DNA from: Verrucomicrobiia bacterium
Lineage (GTDB): Bacteria > Verrucomicrobiota > Verrucomicrobiia > Palsa-1439
Direction: 5' to 3'
Length of the DNA: 64,000 nucleotides
Assembly (NCBI GenBank): GCA_035515475.1
Contig: DATJBF010000008.1
Coordinates: 1,899-65,898 of the forward strand
Shown: one piece after another, positions 8,269 through 17,720 of the stretch
Layout: each line of letters begins with the position of its first letter
How positions within the stretch are numbered: the stretch's first letter is position 1
Position numbers and translations under genes: made by a program
Notes under the pieces: model-generated
Seen by the model: only the letters and a program-made list of their open reading frames with translations
The model's database searches: none
What the model was told of the DNA's origin: nothing

Positions 8269-11200
8269 TTGGCGGTTATGGCTGAAGAGAAGCGATGCCC
8301 GGAATGCGGCGGTCCGTTGGCCGCCGATGCGCCTCAGGGATTGTGCCCGGCTTGCCTGTTGAAACGCGGTCTGGCTGCCGGCAGTTCGGTCGACGCATCC
8401 CCACAAGGGGCCCGCACCGAATACGTGCCACCGACGCCGGACGAACTGGCCCGGTATTTTCCTGAGTTGGAGATTCTGGAATTGATTGGCCGGGGCGGCA
8501 TGGGGGCGGTGTACAAGGCCCGGCAGAAACGGCTGGATCGATTTGTTGCGCTGAAGGTACTGCCGGTTTCGGTCAGCCGCGACCCGGCATTTGCCGAGCG
8601 GTTCGCACGCGAGGCGAAGGCATTGGCCCGGCTTACGCACCCCAACATCGTGGCCGTTCACGATTTTGGTCAAACCGATGGGCTGTTCTATTTCGTGATG
8701 GAGTTCGTGGATGGCTTGAATCTGCGGCAACTGCTCAACACCGGCCAGATCAGTCCGAAAGAAGCACTGGCTATCGTGCCGCAGATTTGCGAGGCGCTGC
8801 AGTACGCTCACGACAAGGGCATCGTCCACCGCGATATCAAACCGGAAAACATCCTGCTCGCCAAAGACGGCACGGTGAAGATCGCCGACTTCGGTTTGGC
8901 GAAACTGGTCGGGCTCGAACCGAAAGATCTCACAATTACCGGCAAGGGCGACGTGATGGGCACGCCACATTACATGGCGCCGGAACAGGTCGAGCATCCG
9001 CAAGACGTCGATCATCGCGCGGACATCTATTCGCTCGGCGTCGTCTTCTACCAAATGCTGACGGGCGAATTGCCCATCGGCCGGTTCGCCGCGCCCTCGA
9101 AGAAGGTCACCATTGACGTGCGCCTTGACGAAGTTGTGCTGCGGGCGCTGGAAAAGGAGCCCGAGCGACGTTACCAGCAGGCCAGCGTGTTGAAGACCGA
9201 AGTCGAGACCATCGTGACCACGCCGCCGGTCAGCGCCGAGGGTCTTGCCGGGGATGTTCTGGCCCGGGATTACAGGCTGGACATTGGCAGTTGTCTGGGC
9301 CGCGGCTGGGCTTTGGTGCAGGGTGATTTCTGGCGGATCGTGGGCATCACCGCGTTGATCTGGGTGCTGATGCACGCGGCCAAATCCACTTTGGTGGGCA
9401 TCGTACTCGAGGGCCCACTCATAGGCGGGTTGCAGTTGTATTTCCTGCGGAAGATCCGTGGACAACAGGCCGTCCTGCAAACGGCGTTCTCCGGGTTCAG
9501 TACCGCCTTCGCGCAACTCTTTCTCGTCTACCTCGTGACTACGGTGCTCACGGTAGTGGGGTTTGTTTGCCTGGTACTACCTGGCGTTTATCTCTTGGTT
9601 GCTTGGACATTCGCGGCGACCTTGGTCATCGACAAGCGGATCGATTTCTGGCCCGCCATGGGGTTGAGCCGTAGGGCGATCTCGAAACATTGGTGGAAGT
9701 TTTTTTGGTTCGGCATCGTTTTGGGGCTGGTCCAGCTGGCGGGGATATTGGTCTTTTGCGTTGGATTCCTGGTCGCGGTTCCCGTCGCTTGGGCGGCAAC
9801 GATGTATGCCTATGAGGACATCTTTGGTCCGGCGGCACGTGCGGTCGTCAAACCGATGAACGGATCGCCAGCCCCGGCCGTCGCGCCGACCCTTGGTCGA
9901 CGGCATTCTGGCTGGGGCGTCGCGATCGGTACGGTCGCCGTCATCCTGACGGTGGGTGGCGTTCTGCTGGCCGCTCACCATTTTTATCCGGTCAAATCCG
10001 ATTACATCGGCCAGGCGTACTTTCCCGGCGGGGATTGGATTGAAATCACCTCGGTGAGCCGTTCCGAAGCGCGGCTGACGGTCAAAGGTCACTACAATCT
10101 CGTCAGCACCGACAAGGCGCTACTGGCTCTTTATTGCACTTCCACAAACGGCGCAAATTTTCCCGAAGATCCAACACAGCGCATGCAGATTTCCAAAGGA
10201 CGAGCGGATTTTGAATTGTCCCGCTCCCACCTCTACCCGGGGCTCCATCATGTGACGATGTATTCTGCCGACGGCAAGCCTTTTGCCGGGGTTTATTTCG
10301 GGACAAAGCGGGAAGCCCGCCGAGAGGCCAGACTCGATCTTTCCGACTACCAAGTGCCGGGCGGCACACCGGCGGCGCCGTCGGAGAGCCAGAATGGTCA
10401 CGATAAGAGTTCGCTGGTTGGCTCTAAAACCGGTCTGGGCGCCGAGGGCGAGATCAACTCGGTCGCGAACTCCCAAGCCGAGTTGCCTGCGCAACAGGAA
10501 ACTCAAGGGACTTTAGGCGAACCCTACAGATACCGGAGCCCTATCATCGGCCGTCTGTTGGCAAAGGACGAGGTGTGTCAGGACTTCAACCAGATACTCC
10601 CGCTCCGGCCCGGTGGCAGCCTCAGCCTCGACGACGTCAGCGGCCGGATCAGGATCGCCGGCTGGAACCGGGACGAGGTGGTCATCAAAGCCGTCAAGCG
10701 AGGCAAGACCCGGGAAAGCGTCGAGGCCACGGGAATCGAAATTGACGCCGGGACCGATCACGTCGCCGTTCACACCAAGCGACCCACGGGTTGGCCCTGG
10801 AGTTGGTTTTGGTGGAACAGGGGCGACGTGGACGTCGATTACACGATCCAGGTTCCGCAGCGCACGCAATTGGAGAAGATCAGCAGCGTCAGTGGAGAAA
10901 TCGGGATTGAGGGTGTGTCTGGCGATATCAAGGCTTCCACTGTCAGCGGTGAGATCCAGATCAAGGGCGCAACGGGTAACCTGAAGCTTTCCACCGTGAA
11001 CGGCGCGATTGCGGCGGAGTTGGGTTTGCTGGGTGGCGCGCAGTCGGTGTCGCTGGACACGGTCAACGGCGAAATCGTGGCCACGTTGCCCGATGGGGCC
11101 GACGCCGAAGTCTCGGCCAGGACGGTCAACGGTGCCATTACCAGCGAGTTCGCTTCGTTGTCCATGAAGAAGGGTTTCCCGATGGGCGGCAGCCTGGAAG

Positions 11201-11658
11201 GCACGCTCGGCAGCGGCGGCGCCAGCGTGAGTGCCAACGCCGTCAACGGCAGCATCAGCATTCGGCGGGGCAGGGACGCGCTGAAGTCCGGTGCGAAACA
11301 GACGGAAGAGGAAGAGGCGGGGCGATCCGTCGCTGGGCTGCCTCCCGTCGTCGTGTGCACCCAGCCGGTTTCCGGCGCCCGCGACGTGGAGCCGGGTCTT
11401 GCCGAGATCCGCGCCACGTTCAGCAAGGAGATGACCGACAGGTCGTGGAGTTGGTGTTACGCCTGGAAGGATTCCATTCCCGAAATGATTGGCGAGCCGC
11501 GATACGAAGCCGATCACCGGACGTGCGCGCTCAAAGTGAAGCTGGAACCGGGGCGGACCTATGCTTTCTGGCTCAATACCGGGCAGGTCCAGGACTTCAC
11601 GGACCAGGCGGGGCGGCCGGCCGTTCCCTATTTGCTGATCTTTCAAACGAAACAATGA
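8269..11658 (+). CDS. Ser/Thr protein kinase with N-terminal Zn-ribbon, polytopic membrane region, Toastrack-like (DUF4097-like) beta-repeat domain and C-terminal Big_5-like Ig domain
   Basis: 'CPECGG...CPAC'; kinase motifs 'GRGGMGAVYKA...ALKVL', 'HRDIKPENILL', 'DFGLAK'; ~6 TM helices; repeats 'VSGEIGIEGVSGDIKASTVSGEIQIKGATGNLKLSTVNGAI...TVNGEI...TVNGAI...AVNGSI'; last ~110 aa homologous to ORF 11681-12094. Confidence 0.85.
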   Translation: MAVMAEEKRCPECGGPLAADAPQGLCPACLLKRGLAAGSSVDASPQGARTEYVPPTPDELARYFPELEILELIGRGGMGAVYKARQKRLDRFVALKVLPVSVSRDPAFAERFAREAKALARLTHPNIVAVHDFGQTDGLFYFVMEFVDGLNLRQLLNTGQISPKEALAIVPQICEALQYAHDKGIVHRDIKPENILLAKDGTVKIADFGLAKLVGLEPKDLTITGKGDVMGTPHYMAPEQVEHPQDVDHRADIYSLGVVFYQMLTGELPIGRFAAPSKKVTIDVRLDEVVLRALEKEPERRYQQASVLKTEVETIVTTPPVSAEGLAGDVLARDYRLDIGSCLGRGWALVQGDFWRIVGITALIWVLMHAAKSTLVGIVLEGPLIGGLQLYFLRKIRGQQAVLQTAFSGFSTAFAQLFLVYLVTTVLTVVGFVCLVLPGVYLLVAWTFAATLVIDKRIDFWPAMGLSRRAISKHWWKFFWFGIVLGLVQLAGILVFCVGFLVAVPVAWAATMYAYEDIFGPAARAVVKPMNGSPAPAVAPTLGRRHSGWGVAIGTVAVILTVGGVLLAAHHFYPVKSDYIGQAYFPGGDWIEITSVSRSEARLTVKGHYNLVSTDKALLALYCTSTNGANFPEDPTQRMQISKGRADFELSRSHLYPGLHHVTMYSADGKPFAGVYFGTKREARREARLDLSDYQVPGGTPAAPSESQNGHDKSSLVGSKTGLGAEGEINSVANSQAELPAQQETQGTLGEPYRYRSPIIGRLLAKDEVCQDFNQILPLRPGGSLSLDDVSGRIRIAGWNRDEVVIKAVKRGKTRESVEATGIEIDAGTDHVAVHTKRPTGWPWSWFWWNRGDVDVDYTIQVPQRTQLEKISSVSGEIGIEGVSGDIKASTVSGEIQIKGATGNLKLSTVNGAIAAELGLLGGAQSVSLDTVNGEIVATLPDGADAEVSARTVNGAITSEFASLSMKKGFPMGGSLEGTLGSGGASVSANAVNGSISIRRGRDALKSGAKQTEEEEAGRSVAGLPPVVVCTQPVSGARDVEPGLAEIRATFSKEMTDRSWSWCYAWKDSIPEMIGEPRYEADHRTCALKVKLEPGRTYAFWLNTGQVQDFTDQAGRPAVPYLLIFQTKQ

Positions 11659-11680
11659 CCAAGCCCAAAGGAGCAAGCGC

Positions 11681-12094
11681 ATGAGAACAATCCGACTACT
11701 GATGGTGGCCACGGCCGTTGCGGTGTGGCCTCTGGCCGCCATCAACAGCGGGGCGGAGGACATCGATTCGATGCCGCCCGTGGTGGTCAAAACCGTGCCC
11801 GAATCAGGCGCCAAGGACGTTGCGCCCGGCGTGGTGGAAATCAAGGTCACCTTCAGCAAAGAGATGACCGACAAATCCTGGAGTTGGTGTTACGCCTGGC
11901 CAGGTTCGATTGCCGAGTCTGCGGGAGACATCCGCTACGAAGGCGACCACAAGACATGTGTGTGGAAAGTCAAACTAGAGCCCCACAAGACGTACGCCTA
12001 TTGGCTGAACACCGCCAAATTCCAGGACTTCAGAGACAAGCAGGGCCATGCTGCCGTGCCGTACCTGCTCGTCTTCCAGACGAAGGGGAATTGA
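11681..12094 (+). CDS. Small secreted protein, stand-alone paralog of the kinase C-terminal Big_5-like Ig domain
   Basis: Signal peptide 'MRTIRLLMVATAVAVWPLAA'; 'PPVVVKTVPESGAKDVAPGVVEIKVTFSKEMTDKSWSWCYAW...KTYAYWLN...AAVPYLLVFQTK' aligns with the kinase tail 'PPVVVCTQPVSGARDVEPGLAEIRATFSKEMTDRSWSWCYAW...RTYAFWLN...PAVPYLLIFQTK'. Confidence 0.8.
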   Translation: MRTIRLLMVATAVAVWPLAAINSGAEDIDSMPPVVVKTVPESGAKDVAPGVVEIKVTFSKEMTDKSWSWCYAWPGSIAESAGDIRYEGDHKTCVWKVKLEPHKTYAYWLNTAKFQDFRDKQGHAAVPYLLVFQTKGN

Positions 12095-12232
12095 GTGTTC
12101 AGCCGGTAGTTTTGTCGGTTTTTGGAGACGGCGACGCACGCGTCAAAGTCAGGAGCGGCAAGGGAGCGATCGGCATCCGACGGGGTGAGACGACGAGAAG
12201 TGAACAACTGCATCCAGAAGGTGAGTCAGCAA

Positions 12233-14182
12233 ATGAGAAGACAAGGCCAGGTTCTTTCTGGGCAACCGCGCGGCGCCCGGGCAGTCGTGTTCGTAGCCGC
12301 CACGGCAACGGTCGTCGCTGCGCTGGTTGCGCACGCGGTTAGCGCGCAGGCGCAAAGCGCCACTCCCACACGGATTCCGCTGCGCGATTTCTTCCGCAAT
12401 CCGGAGCGGACGGCGTTTCAGGTCTCGGAGGACGGTAAGACCATCTCGTTCCTGGCGCCCTACGAGCGACGACTGAATCTGTTCGTGCAAGCACGCGGCA
12501 CGACGGAAGCCAGGCGCATCACGTCCATCACCGACCGCAGCATCGCGAACTACATGTGGAAAGGCAGCGACCAACTGCTGTTCAGCAAAGATACCGGCGG
12601 AGACGAGAATTTTCATCTGTTCACCGTGAGTAAGGAAGGCGGCGAAGTGAAAGACCTCACCCCGTTCGAGAAGGTCCGGTCCGGGTTCGTGGACCGACTG
12701 TGGGACGATCCGGATCACATTCTCATCTCGATGAACAAGCGCGACCCGAAAGTGTTCGACCTGTACCGCATTCACGTCATCACGGGCCGACTTGAGCTCG
12801 TCGCGGAAAACCCTGGCGACGTGACGCACTGGGTGACCGATTATGCGGGCCGCGTTCGGGCTGTCGTCGCGACTGACGGAGTGAACCGCACGCTGTTGTA
12901 TCGGGAGACCGAGACGAACAGTTTCCAGAAGATCCTGACCACCGATTTCCGCGAGCGGCTGGACCCGCAGTTCTTTACGTTCGACAACGCCTATCTCATC
13001 GCCGCTTCCAACCGCGGCCGCGACAAGATCGAGATCGTCAAGCTCGACCCGCACTCGGGCCAAGAGTTGAGCGTCATCGCGCGCCGCCCGGACGTCGATA
13101 TGGACGGCGCCAGCTACTCGCGTCAGCGAAAAGTGCTCACCGAGGCGCATTACACGACGTGGAAGGAAGAGCGCGAATTCCTCGACGGCGAGACCGCCGC
13201 GATGTACCGGCGCATCAAGGCCAAGTTGCCCGGCTACGAAATCGCCAGCCTCGACAATCACGACCGCGCCGAACAGACATTCATCGTTCACGCCTACAAC
13301 GATCGCACGCGTGGCGCCGATTATCTTTACGACAAACGCTCGGGCGAACTCACCAAACTCGCCGACCGCACACCATGGCTCCACGAGAGCGACATGGCAG
13401 AAATGAGACCGATCACGTACAGATCCCGCGATGGCCTGACCATTCATGGCTACCTCACCTTGCCCAGAGGCGTGAAACGGAGGAATCTTCCCGTCGTCGT
13501 CGTCCCGCACGGTGGCCCGTGGTATCGCGACGATTGGTCCTTCGATCCGGAAGTGCAGTTTCTGGCCAACCGCGGCTACGCCGTCCTGCAAATGAACTTC
13601 CGCGGTTCGACCGGTTACGGGAAGAACTTCTGGGAAACTTCCTTCAAGCAATGGGGCCGCAAAATGCAGGACGACATCACCGACGGCGTTCATTGGCTCG
13701 TGCGGAAGGGGATTGCCAATCCGAAGAGAATCGCAATCTACGGTGGCAGCTACGGCGGGTATGCCGCGCTGGCCGGCGTCACGTTCACGCCCGACCTCTA
13801 TGCCTGCGGCATCGACTACGTCGGCGTCGCCAACATGTTCACCTTCCTGAAAACGATTCCGCCCTACTGGGAGCCATTCCGTCAGATGTGGTACGAAATG
13901 GTCGGCGACCCGGTCAAAGACAAGCAACTGCTCGAGGACGTCTCCCCTGTCTTTCATGTTGACCGCGTCAAAGTGCCGATGCTCATTGCCCAAGGAGCCA
14001 ACGACCCGCGCGTCAACAAGAACGAGTCCGACCAGATGGTCGAAGCGTTGCGCAAACACGGGATTCCTGTCGAGTACATCGTCAAAGACAACGAAGGCCA
14101 CGGCTTCCGAAACGAAGAAAACCGCTTCGAGTTCTACGAGGCGATGGAGGAATTCCTCGCCGAGCATCTGAACAACAACTGA
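12233..14182 (+). CDS. S9 family serine peptidase (prolyl oligopeptidase / dipeptidyl aminopeptidase-like), secreted (ORF from 12122; signal-peptide start ~12233)
   Basis: '[12 protein letters not shown]' (GxSxGG nucleophile), 'ANDPRV', 'NEGHGF' catalytic triad context; beta-propeller-like N-terminal half. Confidence 0.8.
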   Translation: MRRQGQVLSGQPRGARAVVFVAATATVVAALVAHAVSAQAQSATPTRIPLRDFFRNPERTAFQVSEDGKTISFLAPYERRLNLFVQARGTTEARRITSITDRSIANYMWKGSDQLLFSKDTGGDENFHLFTVSKEGGEVKDLTPFEKVRSGFVDRLWDDPDHILISMNKRDPKVFDLYRIHVITGRLELVAENPGDVTHWVTDYAGRVRAVVATDGVNRTLLYRETETNSFQKILTTDFRERLDPQFFTFDNAYLIAASNRGRDKIEIVKLDPHSGQELSVIARRPDVDMDGASYSRQRKVLTEAHYTTWKEEREFLDGETAAMYRRIKAKLPGYEIASLDNHDRAEQTFIVHAYNDRTRGADYLYDKRSGELTKLADRTPWLHESDMAEMRPITYRSRDGLTIHGYLTLPRGVKRRNLPVVVVPHGGPWYRDDWSFDPEVQFLANRGYAVLQMNFRGSTGYGKNFWETSFKQWGRKMQDDITDGVHWLVRKGIANPKRIAIYGGSYGGYAALAGVTFTPDLYACGIDYVGVANMFTFLKTIPPYWEPFRQMWYEMVGDPVKDKQLLEDVSPVFHVDRVKVPMLIAQGANDPRVNKNESDQMVEALRKHGIPVEYIVKDNEGHGFRNEENRFEFYEAMEEFLAEHLNNN

Positions 14183-14199
14183 CCCGGGAGAAACTGGCA

Positions 14200-15963
14200 A
14201 TGCCAACACTGAGCGCGCGAACCATCACTTCCTTGCTCCTGCGCGGTATTCTAGCCCTCGCCGCTGCGACGGCCTTCGGTCAAACCGAAACGCCGACGCC
14301 CGAACAAATCAAGGAGCGGGTTACGATCCGGCGTCCGTACACGATCGGGGAGGAAGCCGAAGTGAACCTGCCCATCGGACAGGCGGTGCAGTTCGACTGT
14401 GCCGACAATCCGTATTGGGTGCGGGAATATATTCTTTATGCCGCGCCTGATAATCAAATCTGGGTCTGCCCTCTCGACGCCGAAGGCGACCAGATGGACA
14501 CCAGTGGACCCTGTCTCCAGAAGAAGCGGGGATGGCTCCGACAGATGGCAGATACACCATGTCTGGCGATCATCAAATGGGACCTCCAAGACCAAACGCT
14601 GCGGCTTCACTTCTGCCTGTCCACGGACAAGGAGCGAGACCAACGCGAGTGGGACGAGGCGACCAGGGAAGAATCCAACATGGCTCGTGGACGGAATGAC
14701 TCCAGACCATTTCCACCGCGCAAGCTGTCCGAAACCGACCGGCTGGCGGGATTTGCCCGGTTGTGGAGCGAGGTCAAATACAACTTTGCATTCTTCGACC
14801 GCGTTCCCGAGGTGGACTGGGACAAAGTGTTGGTGGAATACATCCCCAAAGTCCAACAGGCGGAGACGGAGGATGAATATTTCTGCGTGCTCGCGCGCTG
14901 TCTGGCCCTGCTGCATGACGGGCATACCGACATCCAAACCGCCATGGCTCACCCGGACTACGGAGCTTATGGGCTACCTCTGGAAGTTCGTTCGTTGGAC
15001 GGCAAGCGAGCGGTCATTGTCCGCACGACGCCGGTCGCGGATGTCGGGGGTCCGAAGCGCAAAGAGGAATTCGTCAAAGCGAACTTGAAGCCTGGCGAAG
15101 AGGTCACGCACATCAACGGGCGATCCATCGAAGAGATTCTGGAACGGGGTATTTACCCCTATATCAGCGCTTCCACTCCACAAGGCCGGGATGTGAGAGC
15201 TTACCCGTGGCTTCTGCTGGGCGAATGCGGTTCCAGGGCCGTTCTGCGCATCAAGGGCTTGGACGGAACCGAGCGTGAAGTGGCCCTGACACGAGGCTCC
15301 TATCCGAAAAAGCAACCGGCCAACGTCTTCGAGCATCGTGAACTGGACAACGGCATCCACTACGTCAATCTGCCGGGCTTCCAGACAAATCAGGTGGTCA
15401 AAGACTTCGAGAGAATTTTCCCGCAGGTGCAAAAGGCCAAAGGTCTGATCTTGGATATCCGGCACAACGGTGGTGGAAACTCCGGTAACGGTGAGGCGAT
15501 CGTCCGCATGCTGATAGATAAACCCATCCAGGCATCACCGTGCAAAACACCCGAAAACGTCGCCGCATTCCGGTGCTGGGGAGTGAAAGAGCAATTCTGT
15601 GAGCTGCGACCCGACTCACTCCAACCCAGCCGGCCAGACCCATTCCTTGGGCCGGTAGCTGTGCTGACCGGGCCGGAAACGTTCAGTGCTGCGGAAGACT
15701 TTGTTGTGCTGCTGCACGCCAGCAGGCGGGCGACGGTCGTCGGCGAACGCACCGGCGGGTCCACCGGCCAACCTCTGACGATTGACCTGCCCGGCGGGGT
15801 GAAGGCCCAAGTCTGCACGAAACACGACACATATCCCAACGGGCGCGAGTTTGTGGGTGTCGGCGTAATCCCCGACGTGGAGATTCATCCCACGGCAGCG
15901 GATATCGCCACGGATCGAGACGTCGTTCTTAAAAAGGCAATTCAGGTTCTGCTCGCAAGATGA
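14200..15963 (+). CDS. S41 family peptidase (C-terminal processing / tail-specific protease-like), secreted
   Basis: Signal peptide; 'DIRHNGGGNSGNG' and 'LTGPETFSAAEDFVVLL' (S41 Ser-containing motif). Confidence 0.7.
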   Translation: MPTLSARTITSLLLRGILALAAATAFGQTETPTPEQIKERVTIRRPYTIGEEAEVNLPIGQAVQFDCADNPYWVREYILYAAPDNQIWVCPLDAEGDQMDTSGPCLQKKRGWLRQMADTPCLAIIKWDLQDQTLRLHFCLSTDKERDQREWDEATREESNMARGRNDSRPFPPRKLSETDRLAGFARLWSEVKYNFAFFDRVPEVDWDKVLVEYIPKVQQAETEDEYFCVLARCLALLHDGHTDIQTAMAHPDYGAYGLPLEVRSLDGKRAVIVRTTPVADVGGPKRKEEFVKANLKPGEEVTHINGRSIEEILERGIYPYISASTPQGRDVRAYPWLLLGECGSRAVLRIKGLDGTEREVALTRGSYPKKQPANVFEHRELDNGIHYVNLPGFQTNQVVKDFERIFPQVQKAKGLILDIRHNGGGNSGNGEAIVRMLIDKPIQASPCKTPENVAAFRCWGVKEQFCELRPDSLQPSRPDPFLGPVAVLTGPETFSAAEDFVVLLHASRRATVVGERTGGSTGQPLTIDLPGGVKAQVCTKHDTYPNGREFVGVGVIPDVEIHPTAADIATDRDVVLKKAIQVLLAR

Positions 15964-16164
15964 CGCGTATCGAATCCAAAGCGGTTTTTGCCGACATCCG
16001 CAAGGCGGCATGGATTGCATGAGCCAAGGCCCAAGCTGTGGGCCGCACGAACCGACATTGCTAGCTCGCCCGGCGTAAAGATCCGCTGGAAGCTGGCCCA
16101 GTGCGCAGGTGTAGCTGACATCCGGCCAGCAGAGCAGTAAGATGGCAGCGGTAGAGCGAATGGT

Positions 16165-16626
16165 ATGAAACAGCCAACTGCACCGACGAGCCTGGCCATC
16201 AAGATTGTGACCGGATGCGTGCTGGCGTTGGATGCGGGCTTGTATATCGCGGCGTTCTTCCAGCGGAAGTTTCTCTGGGCGGGGATCTTCGTCAGCGTGA
16301 TTGTGTTGGGCTGTTACTTCTGCTGGGCGCCGGTGGCCTACGAGTTGAACGATGACGAACTGAAAGTGTCGTTTCGCATCGGTCGTGTTCGCTACCGGCC
16401 CGTGTTGAACTGTTCGATGGTCGAGATATCACTGGGCTTCGGCCTCCGGCTGTGCGGCAACGGCGGATTGTTTGCCGGCTCGGGGATCTTCTGGAGCCGT
16501 AAACTCGGCGTGTTCCGCGCCTACGTCACCACCAGCAAGCCTGGCACGATGGTGCTGGTGGAAACCGCAAGAACCAGGATCCTCATCAGTCCGGCCAATC
16601 CGCAAGCGTGGCTCACGGCACGGTAA
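16165..16626 (+). CDS. Hypothetical membrane protein (2 TM + PH-like soluble part)
   Basis: Two hydrophobic helices followed by a ~90-aa soluble region; protein-like composition, unlike the GC-artefact antisense ORFs. Confidence 0.45.
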   Translation: MKQPTAPTSLAIKIVTGCVLALDAGLYIAAFFQRKFLWAGIFVSVIVLGCYFCWAPVAYELNDDELKVSFRIGRVRYRPVLNCSMVEISLGFGLRLCGNGGLFAGSGIFWSRKLGVFRAYVTTSKPGTMVLVETARTRILISPANPQAWLTAR

Positions 16627-17530
16627 TGTCGTCCATCTGCACGACTTCGAAGTCGCTGCCTTTGACCTGGCCGAGCGTGTGCAGTTCGTCATCGTCCCAC
16701 CGCGGGTCGGGCGCGCCGCTGATGTACCAGTTGCTGCCGTTGTCGGCCACGAACATGCCGTACGTCTTCAACGCCGTCAGAATCACCTGCACGTGGGCCG
16801 GGAACGGGGAAATGTCGAAACCCGCTTTCAGACGCACCCGCATGCCCATCGGCGGGAGATTGGTGTCCGTGGACGAACTGGCCCAATGCCGGGCCGGCGA
16901 CACGTAGGCGCGCCGCGTCCGGCTGACCGTGAACCGCAGCGCATGAGCGATCAACCCCTGTTCGACGACTTCATCGTACCGGACCAAGCCGGGGAAGATT
17001 GGCAGACCGGCCGCGTCGGCGGACGTCCAGCCCGCAGGACGCAGCTCGTTGGAATTCAAATCGAACACCGCGCCGGAATCCGCCGTCCACCTCCGGCCGT
17101 GACGCCGGGCGTTGGACAGCTCGTAGAGTATCCAGTTGTCGCGGTCGATGACGAGGACATGACGGTCGCCTTTCGATTTCTTGCCGCCCTCAATCGGCGC
17201 GTTACGCGGGATCGGAAATGGTCCGGGATCACTCTCGTCACCGTAAGCTCTGTATTTGATCTTCACCAGCTTCTGCGTGCCGGGCACGACGCAGTAGGGG
17301 ATGCCGATGGGCGCGTGTTGCCAGACCGTGCCGAAATCGGGATGCAAACCGGTGTCGAGTCCGATGCTGGCGATGAGGGCATCGGAGTTCGGATCCACCG
17401 GCGCGTCGGAGATGTCGGTATTCCACGGGTTGTCGGCCGGAAAAACCTGCTTGTCGGAGGGCAAGGTCGTGTCCACCGCCCACGCGTTCGCTCCGAGGAG
17501 CAATGCCAGAACAATGAGTCGCGTTCGCAT
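16613..17530 (-). CDS. Secreted hypothetical protein
   Basis: Clear signal peptide 'MRTRLIVLALLLGANAWA'; balanced composition; the overlapping + strand ORF 16472-17809 is Arg/Gly/Val-rich antisense noise. Confidence 0.6.
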   Translation of the reverse strand: MRTRLIVLALLLGANAWAVDTTLPSDKQVFPADNPWNTDISDAPVDPNSDALIASIGLDTGLHPDFGTVWQHAPIGIPYCVVPGTQKLVKIKYRAYGDESDPGPFPIPRNAPIEGGKKSKGDRHVLVIDRDNWILYELSNARRHGRRWTADSGAVFDLNSNELRPAGWTSADAAGLPIFPGLVRYDEVVEQGLIAHALRFTVSRTRRAYVSPARHWASSSTDTNLPPMGMRVRLKAGFDISPFPAHVQVILTALKTYGMFVADNGSNWYISGAPDPRWDDDELHTLGQVKGSDFEVVQMDDITVP

Positions 17531-17720
17531 AACCCATCTCGTGGAGCGACCAGCGTGCCGGTAGATTGCGCAGGCAGGAAGGCCCAGCAGCCGAAGCGTG
17601 AGATTCGGGTATTCCGCGGCTCCCTTCGACTCCGCTCAGGGCAGGTGCGCCGCGTATGGAGCGAACCGGGGTTGCCGTCGCTGGTCAGTTTCTTGCCACG
17701 CTGTGGCAACGCGGTTGCCG

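Noticed and set aside
7777-11874. Long minus-strand ORFs (7777-9516, 10513-11874) antisense to the kinase gene
   Set aside because: Compositionally biased (R, G, P, A rich), no domains. The plus strand encodes a complete kinase with all catalytic motifs.
12149-14209. 686-aa ORF on the minus strand fully overlapping the S9 peptidase gene
   Set aside because: Arg/Val/Gly/Asp-rich low-complexity translation with no motifs. The plus strand carries unambiguous S9 peptidase catalytic motifs. Typical antisense ORF in a high-GC genome.
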